Shown: positions 1-9,561 of the stretch, one piece after another
How the letters are laid out: every line of letters starts with the position of its first letter
How positions within the stretch are numbered: position 1 is the first letter of the stretch
NCBI GenBank assembly: GCA_965223705.1
Contig: OZ245015.1
Coordinates: forward strand, 3,584,001-3,648,000
From: Myxococcota bacterium
Lineage (GTDB): Bacteria > Myxococcota_A > UBA9160 > UBA6930
Direction of reading: 5' to 3'
DNA: 64,000 nt
The notes under the pieces: model-generated
The model's input: the letters and a program-made list of their open reading frames with translations, nothing else
Told to the model about the DNA's origin: nothing
The model's database searches: none
Translations under genes and position numbers: made by a program

Positions 1-827
1 CAATCGTTTACTCCCATCTCGCCTTCCTGCGTGATGAACCAGTTCTTGAGATGAACGTCGTTGTGCGCCATGCCGCGCGGCATCGTCTCGTGCAGATCGA
101 CACATCGGAGCGTCGCGGGCCAGACCTCGGGTTCTCGTGAAAACAGCCGGGGCGGGATTACCGCTTCGGCTTGAGAAAAACCGCGAATGCAGGAGTCGTG
201 AAACCCCGCATCGAAAGCGGTGATACGGAAGAAGGTCTCCCACTTCGAAAAGACATCGAGCCGCTTCTCGAGAAGCGGGCTCTCGTAATAGCGGCCGTGC
301 AGCGTCGCCAGAAGCCGCATCTGACTCTGGCAGTGCTCGTAGGAGAGATCCGTCTCCATCGTGCAGAATTCGACCGTGTCACTCAGATCTTCGAGCACGA
401 TGATCGAGTTGAGCGTCTCGCGGTCATAACGCGCGAAGTGGGGCTGCGGCGCGACGACACCGAGATCGGGGTAGAGCAGGTTGTAGAAGTTCACCTCGGC
501 CTGTACGCCCTCGTTCATTCCGAGCATGTAACGGCTCTCGAGGCTCTGCGTTCCCTTGCAGAAGAGCTTCGCCGGCAGGCCGGCTGCCCTACCCGCTTCA
601 TTCCATTCGACACGGATCTTGCGCCGGTTCGAAGTCCCGTCGTCGCGAGGACCCAGCGCGAAGGAAGTGACGGCAGCACCCTGCGTGCCACCGCCGAGCA
701 CGTCGGTCAGCCACTCGGGAGTGATCGATTCGTAGCTCGTCGGAATGTGGTCCGAAGTCGTGGGAACGATCGCGTTGGCCTGTTCGGCTTCGAAACGGCG
801 CTTGATTTCGTCGAAAGAGATCGGCAC
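1..827 (-). CDS. Aminoglycoside-phosphotransferase/EcKinase-like protein, runs off the left edge
   Basis: Absent from the ORF track. Manual translation from GTG 827 (GGAGG RBS upstream) gives MPISFDEIKRRF...ITPEWLT...KLFCK...EVNFY...HNDVHLKNWF...VND, which includes the HxDxxxxN kinase motif. Confidence 0.8.
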   Translation of the reverse strand, partial: MPISFDEIKRRFEAEQANAIVPTTSDHIPTSYESITPEWLTDVLGGGTQGAAVTSFALGPRDDGTSNRRKIRVEWNEAGRAAGLPAKLFCKGTQSLESRYMLGMNEGVQAEVNFYNLLYPDLGVVAPQPHFARYDRETLNSIIVLEDLSDTVEFCTMETDLSYEHCQSQMRLLATLHGRYYESPLLEKRLDVFSKWETFFRITAFDAGFHDSCIRGFSQAEAVIPPRLFSREPEVWPATLRCVDLHETMPRGMAHNDVHLKNWFITQEGEMGVND

Positions 828-858
828 GGAAGGCCTCCGTAGTTCATGAGACTGGGCT

Positions 859-1665
859 TCAGCGGCCGTTCTTCGCGAAACGGGGCTCACGGCCTTCTCG
901 AAACGCAGCGAGCGCCTCGGCGAAATCGGTCGACCGGATGGCGAGCATCTGATTGCGATTCTCGACTTCCATCGCCGCTTCCAGGGAGGGGGCGTCGATG
1001 TTCGTCTGCAGCACCCGCTTTGTTAGGGCCACGCCGAAGGGACTGTTGCGACAGATCCGGTCGGCGAGTTCCAAGGTGGCCGTCTCGAGCTCGGCCCGCG
1101 GCACCACCCGGCTGACGAGACCAATCCGTTCGGCCTCGTCGGCGCGAACCATCCGGCCGGTCAGCAGGATCTCGCTGGCTCGCCCTCGCCCGACGGCCCG
1201 GGGAAGCAGCCAGGAGCTGCCGCAATCTCCACCGGTGAAGCCGACTCGCACGAACGCGGCGTTGAACGTCGCTTCGGGGGTCGCGAGACAGACGTCGGCG
1301 GCCATGGCCAAGCTGAAACCGGCGCCGGCCGCGGCCCCGCCGACGGCGGCAAGGACGGGCGTGCTGGTGCGGCACACCGCGAGGATCATCGCCGCAGCGC
1401 GTTGCTGGATCTCGAACATCGATTCGACGGGCAGTGCCGGGAGATCCGCCGCCAACGAGAGGTCGAAGCCGCTGCAGAATCCTTTTCCGGCGCCGGTCAG
1501 GATGATGACCCGCGTGCCCGGAGCGCGATCCGCGTCGGTCACGGCTTCTGCGAGCTCCACAAAGGAATCGAAAGAGAGCGAATTGCGAGTTTCGGGTCCG
1601 TCGAGGGTCAGGCTAACGATGCCATCCGCGGGGCGGTCGACGCGAAGTGCGGTAGTGGTTTTCAT
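859..1665 (-). CDS. Enoyl-CoA hydratase/isomerase family protein
   Basis: FCSGFDL, AAGAGFSLAMAAD and LLTGRMVRADEAERIGLV crotonase motifs. Confidence 0.9.
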   Translation of the reverse strand: MKTTTALRVDRPADGIVSLTLDGPETRNSLSFDSFVELAEAVTDADRAPGTRVIILTGAGKGFCSGFDLSLAADLPALPVESMFEIQQRAAAMILAVCRTSTPVLAAVGGAAAGAGFSLAMAADVCLATPEATFNAAFVRVGFTGGDCGSSWLLPRAVGRGRASEILLTGRMVRADEAERIGLVSRVVPRAELETATLELADRICRNSPFGVALTKRVLQTNIDAPSLEAAMEVENRNQMLAIRSTDFAEALAAFREGREPRFAKNGR

Positions 1666-1698
1666 AGGCGGAGCTTACACGTCAAAGCCCCGGGTTGA

Positions 1699-2214
1699 TC
1701 AAGCAGGGATCTGACCGCGTTTTTCCACGAGGGCGAGGATGAACGCGTAGGCGGCCATGAGCAGCAGCCACAAGAGATTGAGCAGGTAGACAAAGAAGAG
1801 CCACCCCGAGAAGAAGCCAACCGCCGTGAGAACCTGGGCCAGCACCAGAAAGGATCCGATGGCGTACACCGTCAACAGCGAACCCGAGCCGCCGATTTGC
1901 GATTCACCCCGAGCGCGCACCCGCCGCCTGCCGAAGAACGTCGCGACGATGATCGCCAGGTGAAACGAAGCCAAGAGTAGGCCCGAGACGCGCCATACCT
2001 CGCCGGGCGCGAGATGAGCAGCGCGCGCTAGATCGGGGACGAAGCCGAAAACGACGACGCCGAGGCTCGAGCCCAACAGCCCGACCAGGGTCGGAGCGTC
2101 GCCGGGCTTCTTCGTCCCATCGGTGCGCCCTCCGAGGACGACGACAACACCCGTGAACCCCGCGAAGGCCGTCGCGATCTCCGCGAGCGCATGAAGGATT
2201 TCTTGATGTTCCAG
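1699..2214 (-). CDS. Hypothetical membrane protein, probable CTG start
   Basis: The frame of ORF 1699..2076 stays open to CTG 2214, which has AGGAG 6 nt upstream. N-terminus LEHQEILHALAEIATAFAGFTGVVVVLG; several hydrophobic segments. Confidence 0.65.
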   Translation of the reverse strand: MEHQEILHALAEIATAFAGFTGVVVVLGGRTDGTKKPGDAPTLVGLLGSSLGVVVFGFVPDLARAAHLAPGEVWRVSGLLLASFHLAIIVATFFGRRRVRARGESQIGGSGSLLTVYAIGSFLVLAQVLTAVGFFSGWLFFVYLLNLLWLLLMAAYAFILALVEKRGQIPA

Positions 2215-2231
2215 CGTTCGCTCCTACCGCC

Positions 2232-4154
2232 TCAGCGCACGATGAGGTCGTCGAAGTCGGGCTCCCGGAGGAGGCTCCACATCTCGAGCGAGGTCAGCGG
2301 ATTCTGTGTCGCCGAGCGGCCGAACTTTGTCCAGTAGTAGTTGTCCGCGCGGGGGTCACTCCAGGCCATCGCCCGATTGCGTTCGTCGATCCATTCGTTG
2401 TAGCGACGATAGGCCTCATCCTTGACGTCGATCGAGCTTTTGTCTTCGAGGATGAGCCGTTCGATGCAGCGCAGCGCGAATAGCGTTTCCATCTCCTGGA
2501 ACGCGGGGATCAAGAGGCCCCCGTTCGTGTTGGGGCCGTAGAGCGTGAAGAGGTTCGGGAAGCCGGGGATCATCGCGCCCCGGTAGCCACCCGCACCCGT
2601 CTGCGACCACAACGCTTCGACGGTCTGTCCGCCTCGACCCGTGATCGACATCGGGAAGAGGTATTCCGTCGCCCGGAACCCCGTCGCGTAGACGATGGCG
2701 TCGACCTCGTGCACGGTGCCCTCTTCGCTCTCGACGCCCGTCTCGGTGATCTGGCGGATTCCGTCCACGACGAGTGTCACGTTGTCGCGCTGAATGGCGT
2801 CGAGATAGCTGTACGCCGGGTCCACGAGAACCGGCCGCGCCGAGAGCACCGGGTGCTCGGGCGTCATGATGTCGACGAGCTTCGGATCCGCGAGCTTTTG
2901 CTTGAGGAACGCGATGCATGCGTCGCGCGCGGCTCGGTTGACCGGACTGACCGCGTGCTCGTCCTCGAATGCAGGATCGATCTTGGCGAGCGCGTAGAAG
3001 CCCGCGACGAATCCGGCCGCGCTTCGGATGCGCATGAAGTTCGCGAAGTAGGGAAAATTCCGGTCCAGCCACGGGATCTGCTCGGGGAACGGCGAGCGGT
3101 AGCGCTGCGCCGGAAAGAGCCATTGCGGCGTGCGCTGGAACACCGTGACGTGCGCGGCTTCGAGCGCCAGTTCGGGTACCAGCTGGATTCCGGTCGCGCC
3201 CGTGCCGATGACTGCGACGCGCTTTCCCTCGAGGTCGAAATCCGCCGGCCATCGTGCGGTGTGCCACGAGGGTCCGCGGAATCGTTCGGCACCGGGGATC
3301 TCCGGGACACTGGGGCGATTGAGGAATCCCACGGCGGTGATCACGGCGTTCGACCGCAACGTGCGCCGACCGCCGGGCCCGTCGACTTCGATCTCCCACA
3401 TCGACGCCGCGTCGTCCCACACGAGCGAGCGCGCCTCGGTCTTGAAGGCGATGTCTTTGCGGACGTCGAAGGTGTCGGCCACCCAGTCGAAATACTTCTG
3501 GTTCTCGGTCCAGGGGCAGAACGCGTAGGGGTACCGAAAGTCGAGGCCGAAGAGGTGGGTGTAGAGCCGACTCGGTGTGTCGACGCGCGCCCCGGGGTAG
3601 CGGTTCTCATACCACGTGCCCCCGACGCCGTCGTTCTTCTCGATGATGGTGTAGGGAATCCCGGCGCGCTTCAGTTGGATCGCCGCGTTCAGACCCCCCA
3701 TCCCCGCACCGATGATGGTGACCGAGAAATCGTCGAGCCTCGCAGGTGAGGGCTCTCGCGACCATTCGAGGCCGCGCGCCCAGGGATCGAGGGCGAGTTC
3801 TTCGAGCCATAGTTCGAGCGACCCCGGCTCGAGTGGACTTCCGATCACCAGCTCCATGCTCTCCGGCAAACGGTCGCTGGGTCCGACGTCGAGGTCCCCC
3901 GCCCCGTCATCCCGGTAGGCCTTGAGAAACGCGGCCGCCTTCGCGCGGATCCAGGCGGCGTCTTCGCGCCCCAGCCCCTTGACGGGCAGCAGGCCGCGAC
4001 CCCCTCGGTCCACGACCTCCATGGCGGCGATCTCGTGATCGCCCGTCAGTTGATACAGCAAGCCCCGGAGCACCATCGGGTCGGCGACGGCCATCGCCTC
4101 TTCGATCGCTTCGTCGCTCGCCGCCAGCAGTTCCCGGCGATGCTTCATGTGCAC
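2232..4154 (-). CDS. Baeyer-Villiger monooxygenase with N-terminal extension (4-hydroxyacetophenone monooxygenase-like)
   Basis: GAGMGG, GGTWYENRYPG, FRGPSWHTARWP fingerprint, GTGATG, ATGF. Confidence 0.9.
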   Translation of the reverse strand: MHMKHRRELLAASDEAIEEAMAVADPMVLRGLLYQLTGDHEIAAMEVVDRGGRGLLPVKGLGREDAAWIRAKAAAFLKAYRDDGAGDLDVGPSDRLPESMELVIGSPLEPGSLELWLEELALDPWARGLEWSREPSPARLDDFSVTIIGAGMGGLNAAIQLKRAGIPYTIIEKNDGVGGTWYENRYPGARVDTPSRLYTHLFGLDFRYPYAFCPWTENQKYFDWVADTFDVRKDIAFKTEARSLVWDDAASMWEIEVDGPGGRRTLRSNAVITAVGFLNRPSVPEIPGAERFRGPSWHTARWPADFDLEGKRVAVIGTGATGIQLVPELALEAAHVTVFQRTPQWLFPAQRYRSPFPEQIPWLDRNFPYFANFMRIRSAAGFVAGFYALAKIDPAFEDEHAVSPVNRAARDACIAFLKQKLADPKLVDIMTPEHPVLSARPVLVDPAYSYLDAIQRDNVTLVVDGIRQITETGVESEEGTVHEVDAIVYATGFRATEYLFPMSITGRGGQTVEALWSQTGAGGYRGAMIPGFPNLFTLYGPNTNGGLLIPAFQEMETLFALRCIERLILEDKSSIDVKDEAYRRYNEWIDERNRAMAWSDPRADNYYWTKFGRSATQNPLTSLEMWSLLREPDFDDLIVR

Positions 4155-4158
4155 CGCC

Positions 4159-5196
4159 TCATCGACCCTTGAGCTTTGGCATCACTTCTCGTGCGAAGAG
4201 CTCGACGCTGCGCCGAGTCCCCGCAACCGGGGCCCCCGGTAGCACGCCCATCAGCACGAGGTGTGTGCAGGGAGAGCGTTCGAGCAGGCCCAGCAGGCCT
4301 TCTCGAACGAAGTCCGGAGTACCGATGAAGGCGGGCTCCCCGAAGAAATCCCCGGATTGGTCGCGGATCATCTCTTCGGCGGTCGGTACGGCTCGGGTCG
4401 CCTGATCGTCGTTGTTGTCGTCTCCCGCCTCGGCGGCCCAATCCCGGTAGAGCGAAAGCATGTGGTGGACCGGCTGTGCCGCTTCCTTCCAGGCCTGTTC
4501 ACGAGTCTCTGCCACGTAGACCAGCACCATCTGGCAGACCTTGAACTCATCGGGATCGTGACCGTGGCGGCCCAGGGCTTCCCGGTAGCGCAAGCGATGC
4601 TCCGCCGACACACCGGCTAAGTGACAGCCGAGCCGCGCGGCGCGATCCAGCGCTTTGTCACCGCGGGCGCCGACCCAGATGGGGAGCGGCTGTTGGTGGG
4701 CAGGCGGCATGATCCGCGTGCCTTTCAAGTTGTGGTAGCGCCCCTCGAAATCGACCGTTTCCCCGTCGAGCAGCCGGCGCAAGAGCGGCAGCTGCTCGGC
4801 GAAGCGACGGCCGCGCTCGCGCGGCGAGATGCCCATACCGTCAAACTCTCCGAGCCGGTAGCCGAGGCCGACCCCGAGATCGATGCGACCGCCGCTGATC
4901 GCATCGGCGGTCGCGACGTCCTCGGCGATGCGGACCGTGTTGTGCATCGGGAGTAGCAGCACGTAGGTGCCGATGCGGATTCGCTGCGTGCGGCTCGCGA
5001 TAGCCGTGGCGATGGGCATCAGCGCCGGCGAGTACCCATCGTCGACAAAGTGGTGCTCGGTCAGCCACACGTGGTCGTAGCCCAGCTCTTCGCAGGCGAC
5101 CGCGAGCTCGAGGTCGTCGCGATACAGCTCGGGCCAGGGGCGCCTCCGGAACTCCGGATTCCGGAACGGAAACAGAAAACCGCAATCGATGCTCAT
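4159..5196 (-). CDS. LLM-class flavin-dependent oxidoreductase
   Basis: MSIDCGFLF..., WLTEHHF, SGGRIDLGVGLGYR; start moved to ATG 5196. Confidence 0.9.
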   Translation of the reverse strand: MSIDCGFLFPFRNPEFRRRPWPELYRDDLELAVACEELGYDHVWLTEHHFVDDGYSPALMPIATAIASRTQRIRIGTYVLLLPMHNTVRIAEDVATADAISGGRIDLGVGLGYRLGEFDGMGISPRERGRRFAEQLPLLRRLLDGETVDFEGRYHNLKGTRIMPPAHQQPLPIWVGARGDKALDRAARLGCHLAGVSAEHRLRYREALGRHGHDPDEFKVCQMVLVYVAETREQAWKEAAQPVHHMLSLYRDWAAEAGDDNNDDQATRAVPTAEEMIRDQSGDFFGEPAFIGTPDFVREGLLGLLERSPCTHLVLMGVLPGAPVAGTRRSVELFAREVMPKLKGR

Positions 5197-5224
5197 TCGA
5201 AGCCTCCTGGGGCGCGCGCCGCCC

Positions 5225-5845
5225 CTAGTGAGTCGCCTCCCACGTCTCCCAGTACGTTCGCTCGCGCCCCGGGATGCGCTTACCGGGCTTGAAGTCTTCA
5301 CCCGTGAAGTAGGCGACCGGAAGCAGCGCTCCCTGAGTGATGTGGTCGGGGATGTTCAAGAGTTCCGCGATCTCTCTCTCGTGCGCGAGATGCAGGGTGG
5401 TCCACGCCGATCCCAGCCCCCTCGAGCGCAGTGCCAGCATCAGCGACCACGTGGCGGGCAGGATCGACCCGTAGCGCGTCGCTTGCAGAAAGGCGCCTTT
5501 GTCTTCGACGCGACCCTCCGTGCAGGGAATGATGTGCACGGGGACTTCGTGGAAGTGTTCGGCGAGATGGGTCGCGGAATCGTACATTCGCTTCCCGTAG
5601 ACCTTCTCTTGACCTTCGAGGTATGCGGCAAATGCGCGCCGGTAGCACTCCGCGATGACCGAGCGCTTCTCGGGATCCGTGACGACGAGAAAGTGGTAGA
5701 GCCCGAGGTTCCCGCCGTCCGGAGCTTGCGTGGCGAGATCGATGCATTCCTGCACGACCGCAGGGTCGACGGGGCGCTTCAGGTCGAGGCGCTTCCGAAC
5801 CGATCGCGTGGTGGTCAAAAGATGGTCGATCGAAGCGAGATCCAT
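5225..5845 (-). CDS. Nitroreductase family protein
   Basis: LTTTRSVRKR, QAPDGGN, LALRSRGLGSAWT. Confidence 0.9.
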   Translation of the reverse strand: MDLASIDHLLTTTRSVRKRLDLKRPVDPAVVQECIDLATQAPDGGNLGLYHFLVVTDPEKRSVIAECYRRAFAAYLEGQEKVYGKRMYDSATHLAEHFHEVPVHIIPCTEGRVEDKGAFLQATRYGSILPATWSLMLALRSRGLGSAWTTLHLAHEREIAELLNIPDHITQGALLPVAYFTGEDFKPGKRIPGRERTYWETWEATH

Positions 5846-5909
5846 GTGACTCCCCTGGCTGTCTCTCCCACCCTAGCGCGTTTAGACTCGGGGAAAGAGG
5901 AGTTCACCT

Positions 5910-7142
5910 ATGTCCGAAAAACCACTGTCAGGCATCGTCGTTTTTGACCTGACGCGCTATCTGGCGGGACCTTATTGCACGTTGCTGCTCGGTGGTTTGG
6001 GCGCCGAAGTGATCAAGGTCGAATCTCCGGGTCGGGGCGACTTGCACCGCCACAACCCACCTTACGGTGGCGCTGCCGGCGCCGCCTACGAACGCCAACA
6101 GGAACACGATATCGGGCTCACGCACCTCCACCGGGCGCGCAACAAGAAGAGTGTCACGTTGAATCTCCGGGATCCCGACGGCGTGGCCCTTTTCCACGAC
6201 CTGTGTCCCAAGGTCGATGTCGTCGTCGAAAACTTTTCCCCAGGCACGCTCGAACGGATGGGTCTTGGCTACCCGGCGTTGCGGGAGCGGAATCCGAGAA
6301 TTGTCTTGTGCTCGATTTCGGGGTTCGGCCAGACCGGGCCGCTAAAGAATCGTCGCGCCTATGATCCCGTGATCCAGTCGATGAGCGGGATCGCAAGCGT
6401 CACAGGATTCCCGGATCGCCCGCCCGTGCGCTGCGGCGCCGCGGTGAGCGACGTCGTCGGTCCGCTCTTTGGCGTCATCGGAATTCAGGCGGCGCTGCGG
6501 CGCCGCGATCTCACCGGGGAAGGCGACTGGGTCGACGTGGCGATGCTCGACACATCGGTCTTTCTGATGCCCGAGCTGCTCGAGTACTTGAACGGCGGAC
6601 TGGCTCCTGAACGGCGGGGCAACGACCATCCTGTGGGTACACCGCTCAACACCTATCCAACGCTCGACGGCTTTGTCACGGTGGCCGTCGTTTCCGACAA
6701 GGATTGGGCGTGCCTGCTCACCGCCCTCGACCGACGAGAGCTGCTTCACGACGCCCGGTTTTCCGATCGCCTCGCGCGCCGTCGCCACATCGAGGTGATC
6801 GACAAAACGGTCGCCGACTGGATGGCGACCCGCACTTCCGACGACGCTGTGACGACACTGCAAGAGGCGGAGGTTCCGTCGGGGCCGGTGCAGGACCTCT
6901 ACCAAGCCGCCGAGAGCCCGCAGCTGGCAGCTCGCGACATGTTCACCGAGCTCGAACACCCGACGCAGGGTCCCGTGCCGGGCGTGAAGGGATTTGGCTT
7001 CCCGATCCAGTTTACGAGTCATTCACTGCACTTCGATCAGCCGGCGCCGGAACTCGGCGCGCACAACGCCGAAATCTACCAACGGCTGTTGGCTCTCGAC
7101 GACCGCGCTCTCGCAGATCTCAGCGAGCGCGGCGTGATCTGA
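5910..7142 (+). CDS. CaiB/BaiF family III CoA transferase
   Basis: LAGPYC, GAEVIKVE, RNKKSVTLNL, VENFSPG, SISGFGQTGP, YD. Confidence 0.92.
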   Translation: MSEKPLSGIVVFDLTRYLAGPYCTLLLGGLGAEVIKVESPGRGDLHRHNPPYGGAAGAAYERQQEHDIGLTHLHRARNKKSVTLNLRDPDGVALFHDLCPKVDVVVENFSPGTLERMGLGYPALRERNPRIVLCSISGFGQTGPLKNRRAYDPVIQSMSGIASVTGFPDRPPVRCGAAVSDVVGPLFGVIGIQAALRRRDLTGEGDWVDVAMLDTSVFLMPELLEYLNGGLAPERRGNDHPVGTPLNTYPTLDGFVTVAVVSDKDWACLLTALDRRELLHDARFSDRLARRRHIEVIDKTVADWMATRTSDDAVTTLQEAEVPSGPVQDLYQAAESPQLAARDMFTELEHPTQGPVPGVKGFGFPIQFTSHSLHFDQPAPELGAHNAEIYQRLLALDDRALADLSERGVI

Positions 7143-7188
7143 ACTGCGGGGAGGTCCAGATATTGTCGTTGCCGCCGACCGGCTTCGG

Positions 7189-7213
7189 ATAGTACCGTAC
7201 CGTACAGTACTAT
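7189..7213. promoter_or_regulatory. 25-bp near-perfect palindrome, candidate TetR operator
   Basis: ATAGTACCGTACCGTACAGTACTAT lies 21 bp before the monooxygenase ATG; a TetR gene follows the monooxygenase. Confidence 0.65.
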
Positions 7214-7234
7214 TTCTCGAAAAGGAGTACCCGG

Positions 7235-8908
7235 ATGCGAGCCATCGTGATCGGTGCGGGCATGGGCGGCTTGTTCGCAGCACTCGCACTTCGGCAGTCG
7301 GGCCGCTTTACATCGATCGACATCTACGAGCAGACGCGCGAACCCAGCACCGCGGGTGCAGGGCTCAATATCCCGCCCAACGGAGCGCGACTCTGTCGCT
7401 GGCTGGGCGTCGACCTTGACGGAGGCGATCCCAAAGGCCCGCATGGTGCCGTCGACGGCGGCCGCGCAGCGATCCTCGACTCCACCCGCAACATCGGGGC
7501 GGATGGAGAGGTGTCCACCAAGCCCTTCGACCACGACACCTCCGCCAAGGACGGGGCGGGCTTTCATCACATGCATCGGCTCGACTTGCTGATGTGCCTC
7601 TACAAGCGTGCCTTCGATTTTGCGCCGGCCAAAGTCTCCGAGTGTCCGATCCAGGTCCACATGGACAAACGCCTCACGTCGCTCCATCAAACGGCGGAGG
7701 CTGTTACCGCGGGTTTTGAAGATGGTACGAACGCCGACGGCGACGTTCTGATTGGCGCAGATGGTCTGAACTCCGCGGTGCTGAAGCTCCAATGGCCGGA
7801 TACGCCGCCACGCCGTTGGACCGAAGTCACCGTCTACCGAGGTCTCATCCCGCGCGACAAGGTCGCACACCTCACGAAGCCCGACGGCAGCGCGATGGAC
7901 CACAATCCGATCGATTCCTTCAGCATGGACGTTCGGAAACACGAGACCGCTTGGGCCCTGACCTACTGGGTCCGGTCCGGCGAACTCCTCAACGTCTGGC
8001 TCGCTTACTACGAGCCCAATTCCGCCGAATTCGAAGAGGACTGGGGCGACTGGTTCCCCATCGATCACGCGGAAATGAAGGAGAAGATGGGGAAGGCCTT
8101 CACCGGTGACCCGCGCCATGACGATGTGATGGCCTTGGCCGGCGGAATGGAGAACCCGACAAAATGGGGGCTCTATGATCGCGACGCCTTCGAGTACTGG
8201 CAGGAGGGTCGCGTCTGTCTACTGGGCGACGCAGCACACCCGATGCTGCCGACCTTCGGTCAAGGGGCCGCTCAGGCCTTCGAAGACGGTGCCGCTTTGA
8301 GTCGCTGCTTCGAGCTCCACGGAGACGATGTGTACAGCGCGCTGCTTCACTACGAGCGGGTCCGCCACTACCGAGCCACCCGCTTCCAATTCGGGTCGAA
8401 GTTCCTCTTCAAGCACCTGGAGCCGGAGGATTCACCGGAGCGCCAACAGATCCTGAAAGCGCTCGACGAGCGCGACTATCCCGTATTCAATCACGACCAG
8501 CGTGCCGGCTCCGACGATTCGTGGATCTACGCGTTTGATGCGCGCGAGATCGGAGACAAGCTCCCACGCCGTAAGCTGGGTCCCTGGGACTTTCGGTCGC
8601 GCAAGGCCGCACTCGGCGCACGCCGCGACGTGATGCAGAACTTGTGGAAGCCGCCTGTTTCCCTGGCTGGCGACCGCGAAGTCACGCGGTCTGAGGTCGC
8701 ACAACACAACACCTTCGAAGATTGCTGGGTCATCATCCGCGGCAAGGTGTACGACATCAGCGAATGGAAGGACCACCATCCCGGTGGGCCTTTCGTAGCA
8801 CGCATGCATGCGGGGAAAGATGCCACGGCCGAATTCGGCGACTATCACAGCCGATCGGCCGAGCGACACATGGAGCACTTCTGCGTCGGCGAGCTTGTCG
8901 AGGAGTAA
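7235..8908 (+). CDS. FAD-dependent monooxygenase (salicylate-hydroxylase-like) with C-terminal cytochrome b5 domain
   Basis: GAGMGG, GADG, LLGDAAHPMLP..GQGA; C-terminal EVAQHN..DCWVIIRGKVYD..HPGG..GKDAT..HS. Confidence 0.9.
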   Translation: MRAIVIGAGMGGLFAALALRQSGRFTSIDIYEQTREPSTAGAGLNIPPNGARLCRWLGVDLDGGDPKGPHGAVDGGRAAILDSTRNIGADGEVSTKPFDHDTSAKDGAGFHHMHRLDLLMCLYKRAFDFAPAKVSECPIQVHMDKRLTSLHQTAEAVTAGFEDGTNADGDVLIGADGLNSAVLKLQWPDTPPRRWTEVTVYRGLIPRDKVAHLTKPDGSAMDHNPIDSFSMDVRKHETAWALTYWVRSGELLNVWLAYYEPNSAEFEEDWGDWFPIDHAEMKEKMGKAFTGDPRHDDVMALAGGMENPTKWGLYDRDAFEYWQEGRVCLLGDAAHPMLPTFGQGAAQAFEDGAALSRCFELHGDDVYSALLHYERVRHYRATRFQFGSKFLFKHLEPEDSPERQQILKALDERDYPVFNHDQRAGSDDSWIYAFDAREIGDKLPRRKLGPWDFRSRKAALGARRDVMQNLWKPPVSLAGDREVTRSEVAQHNTFEDCWVIIRGKVYDISEWKDHHPGGPFVARMHAGKDATAEFGDYHSRSAERHMEHFCVGELVEE

Positions 8909-8919
8909 TGTGACCATCG

Positions 8920-9510
8920 TTGTCGAGCGCTAAGCGTCAGAAAATTCTCGAAATCGCCACGGATCTATTCTTGGAGAAAGGTTACGGCGCCGCGAGCACA
9001 TCCGAGTTGATTCGCCGCGTCGGAGGTTCCAAGACTACGATCTACAGCCACTTCGGCGACAAAGCGGGTTTGTTCACGGCCATCGTCGACGAGTTGCTCA
9101 AGGACACGGTCGCGTTCTCAGACACGCTCGACCTTGGCGGGCTGTCCGTTCGCGAGGCTCTCCTCGTGGTTGCAAACCAACATCTGAAGGTCGTCCTATC
9201 GCCACGCTACATCCGTCTGATCCGGATCGTGGCTGCGGAGGTCAATCGCTTCCCGGAGCTTGGCAAAGCTTTCTACGAGCATGGGCCGGGACAGAGTTAC
9301 GCCAACTTTCAGAACTTTTTGGGGAGGCGTGTTGACTCAGGAGAGCTCGCGGTCGCGGATCCCTCACGAGCGACCGATCAGTTTTTCGGCGCGCTTCTCC
9401 ACCGTGAGGTGCTTGCGCGGATGTATGGCGTGAAGACGGCCCCGCTTCGCGGGCGAGCCGATATCGCGGCGACGATCGTCGACGAGTTTCTTGAGCGATA
9501 CGGCCGATGA
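8920..9510 (+). CDS. TetR/AcrR family regulator
   Basis: N-terminal HTH GGSKTTIYSHFGDK; C-terminal RFPELGKAFYEHGP. Confidence 0.9.
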   Translation: MSSAKRQKILEIATDLFLEKGYGAASTSELIRRVGGSKTTIYSHFGDKAGLFTAIVDELLKDTVAFSDTLDLGGLSVREALLVVANQHLKVVLSPRYIRLIRIVAAEVNRFPELGKAFYEHGPGQSYANFQNFLGRRVDSGELAVADPSRATDQFFGALLHREVLARMYGVKTAPLRGRADIAATIVDEFLERYGR

Positions 9511-9561
9511 CTCGTCGTTCGCGTCTGTCCAGGTCGCGTTCAAACGCCGGCTAGCGCGCGG

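Noticed and set aside
171..842. 223-aa plus-strand ORF
   Set aside because: Antisense shadow of the minus-strand phosphotransferase, which has an RBS and kinase motifs.
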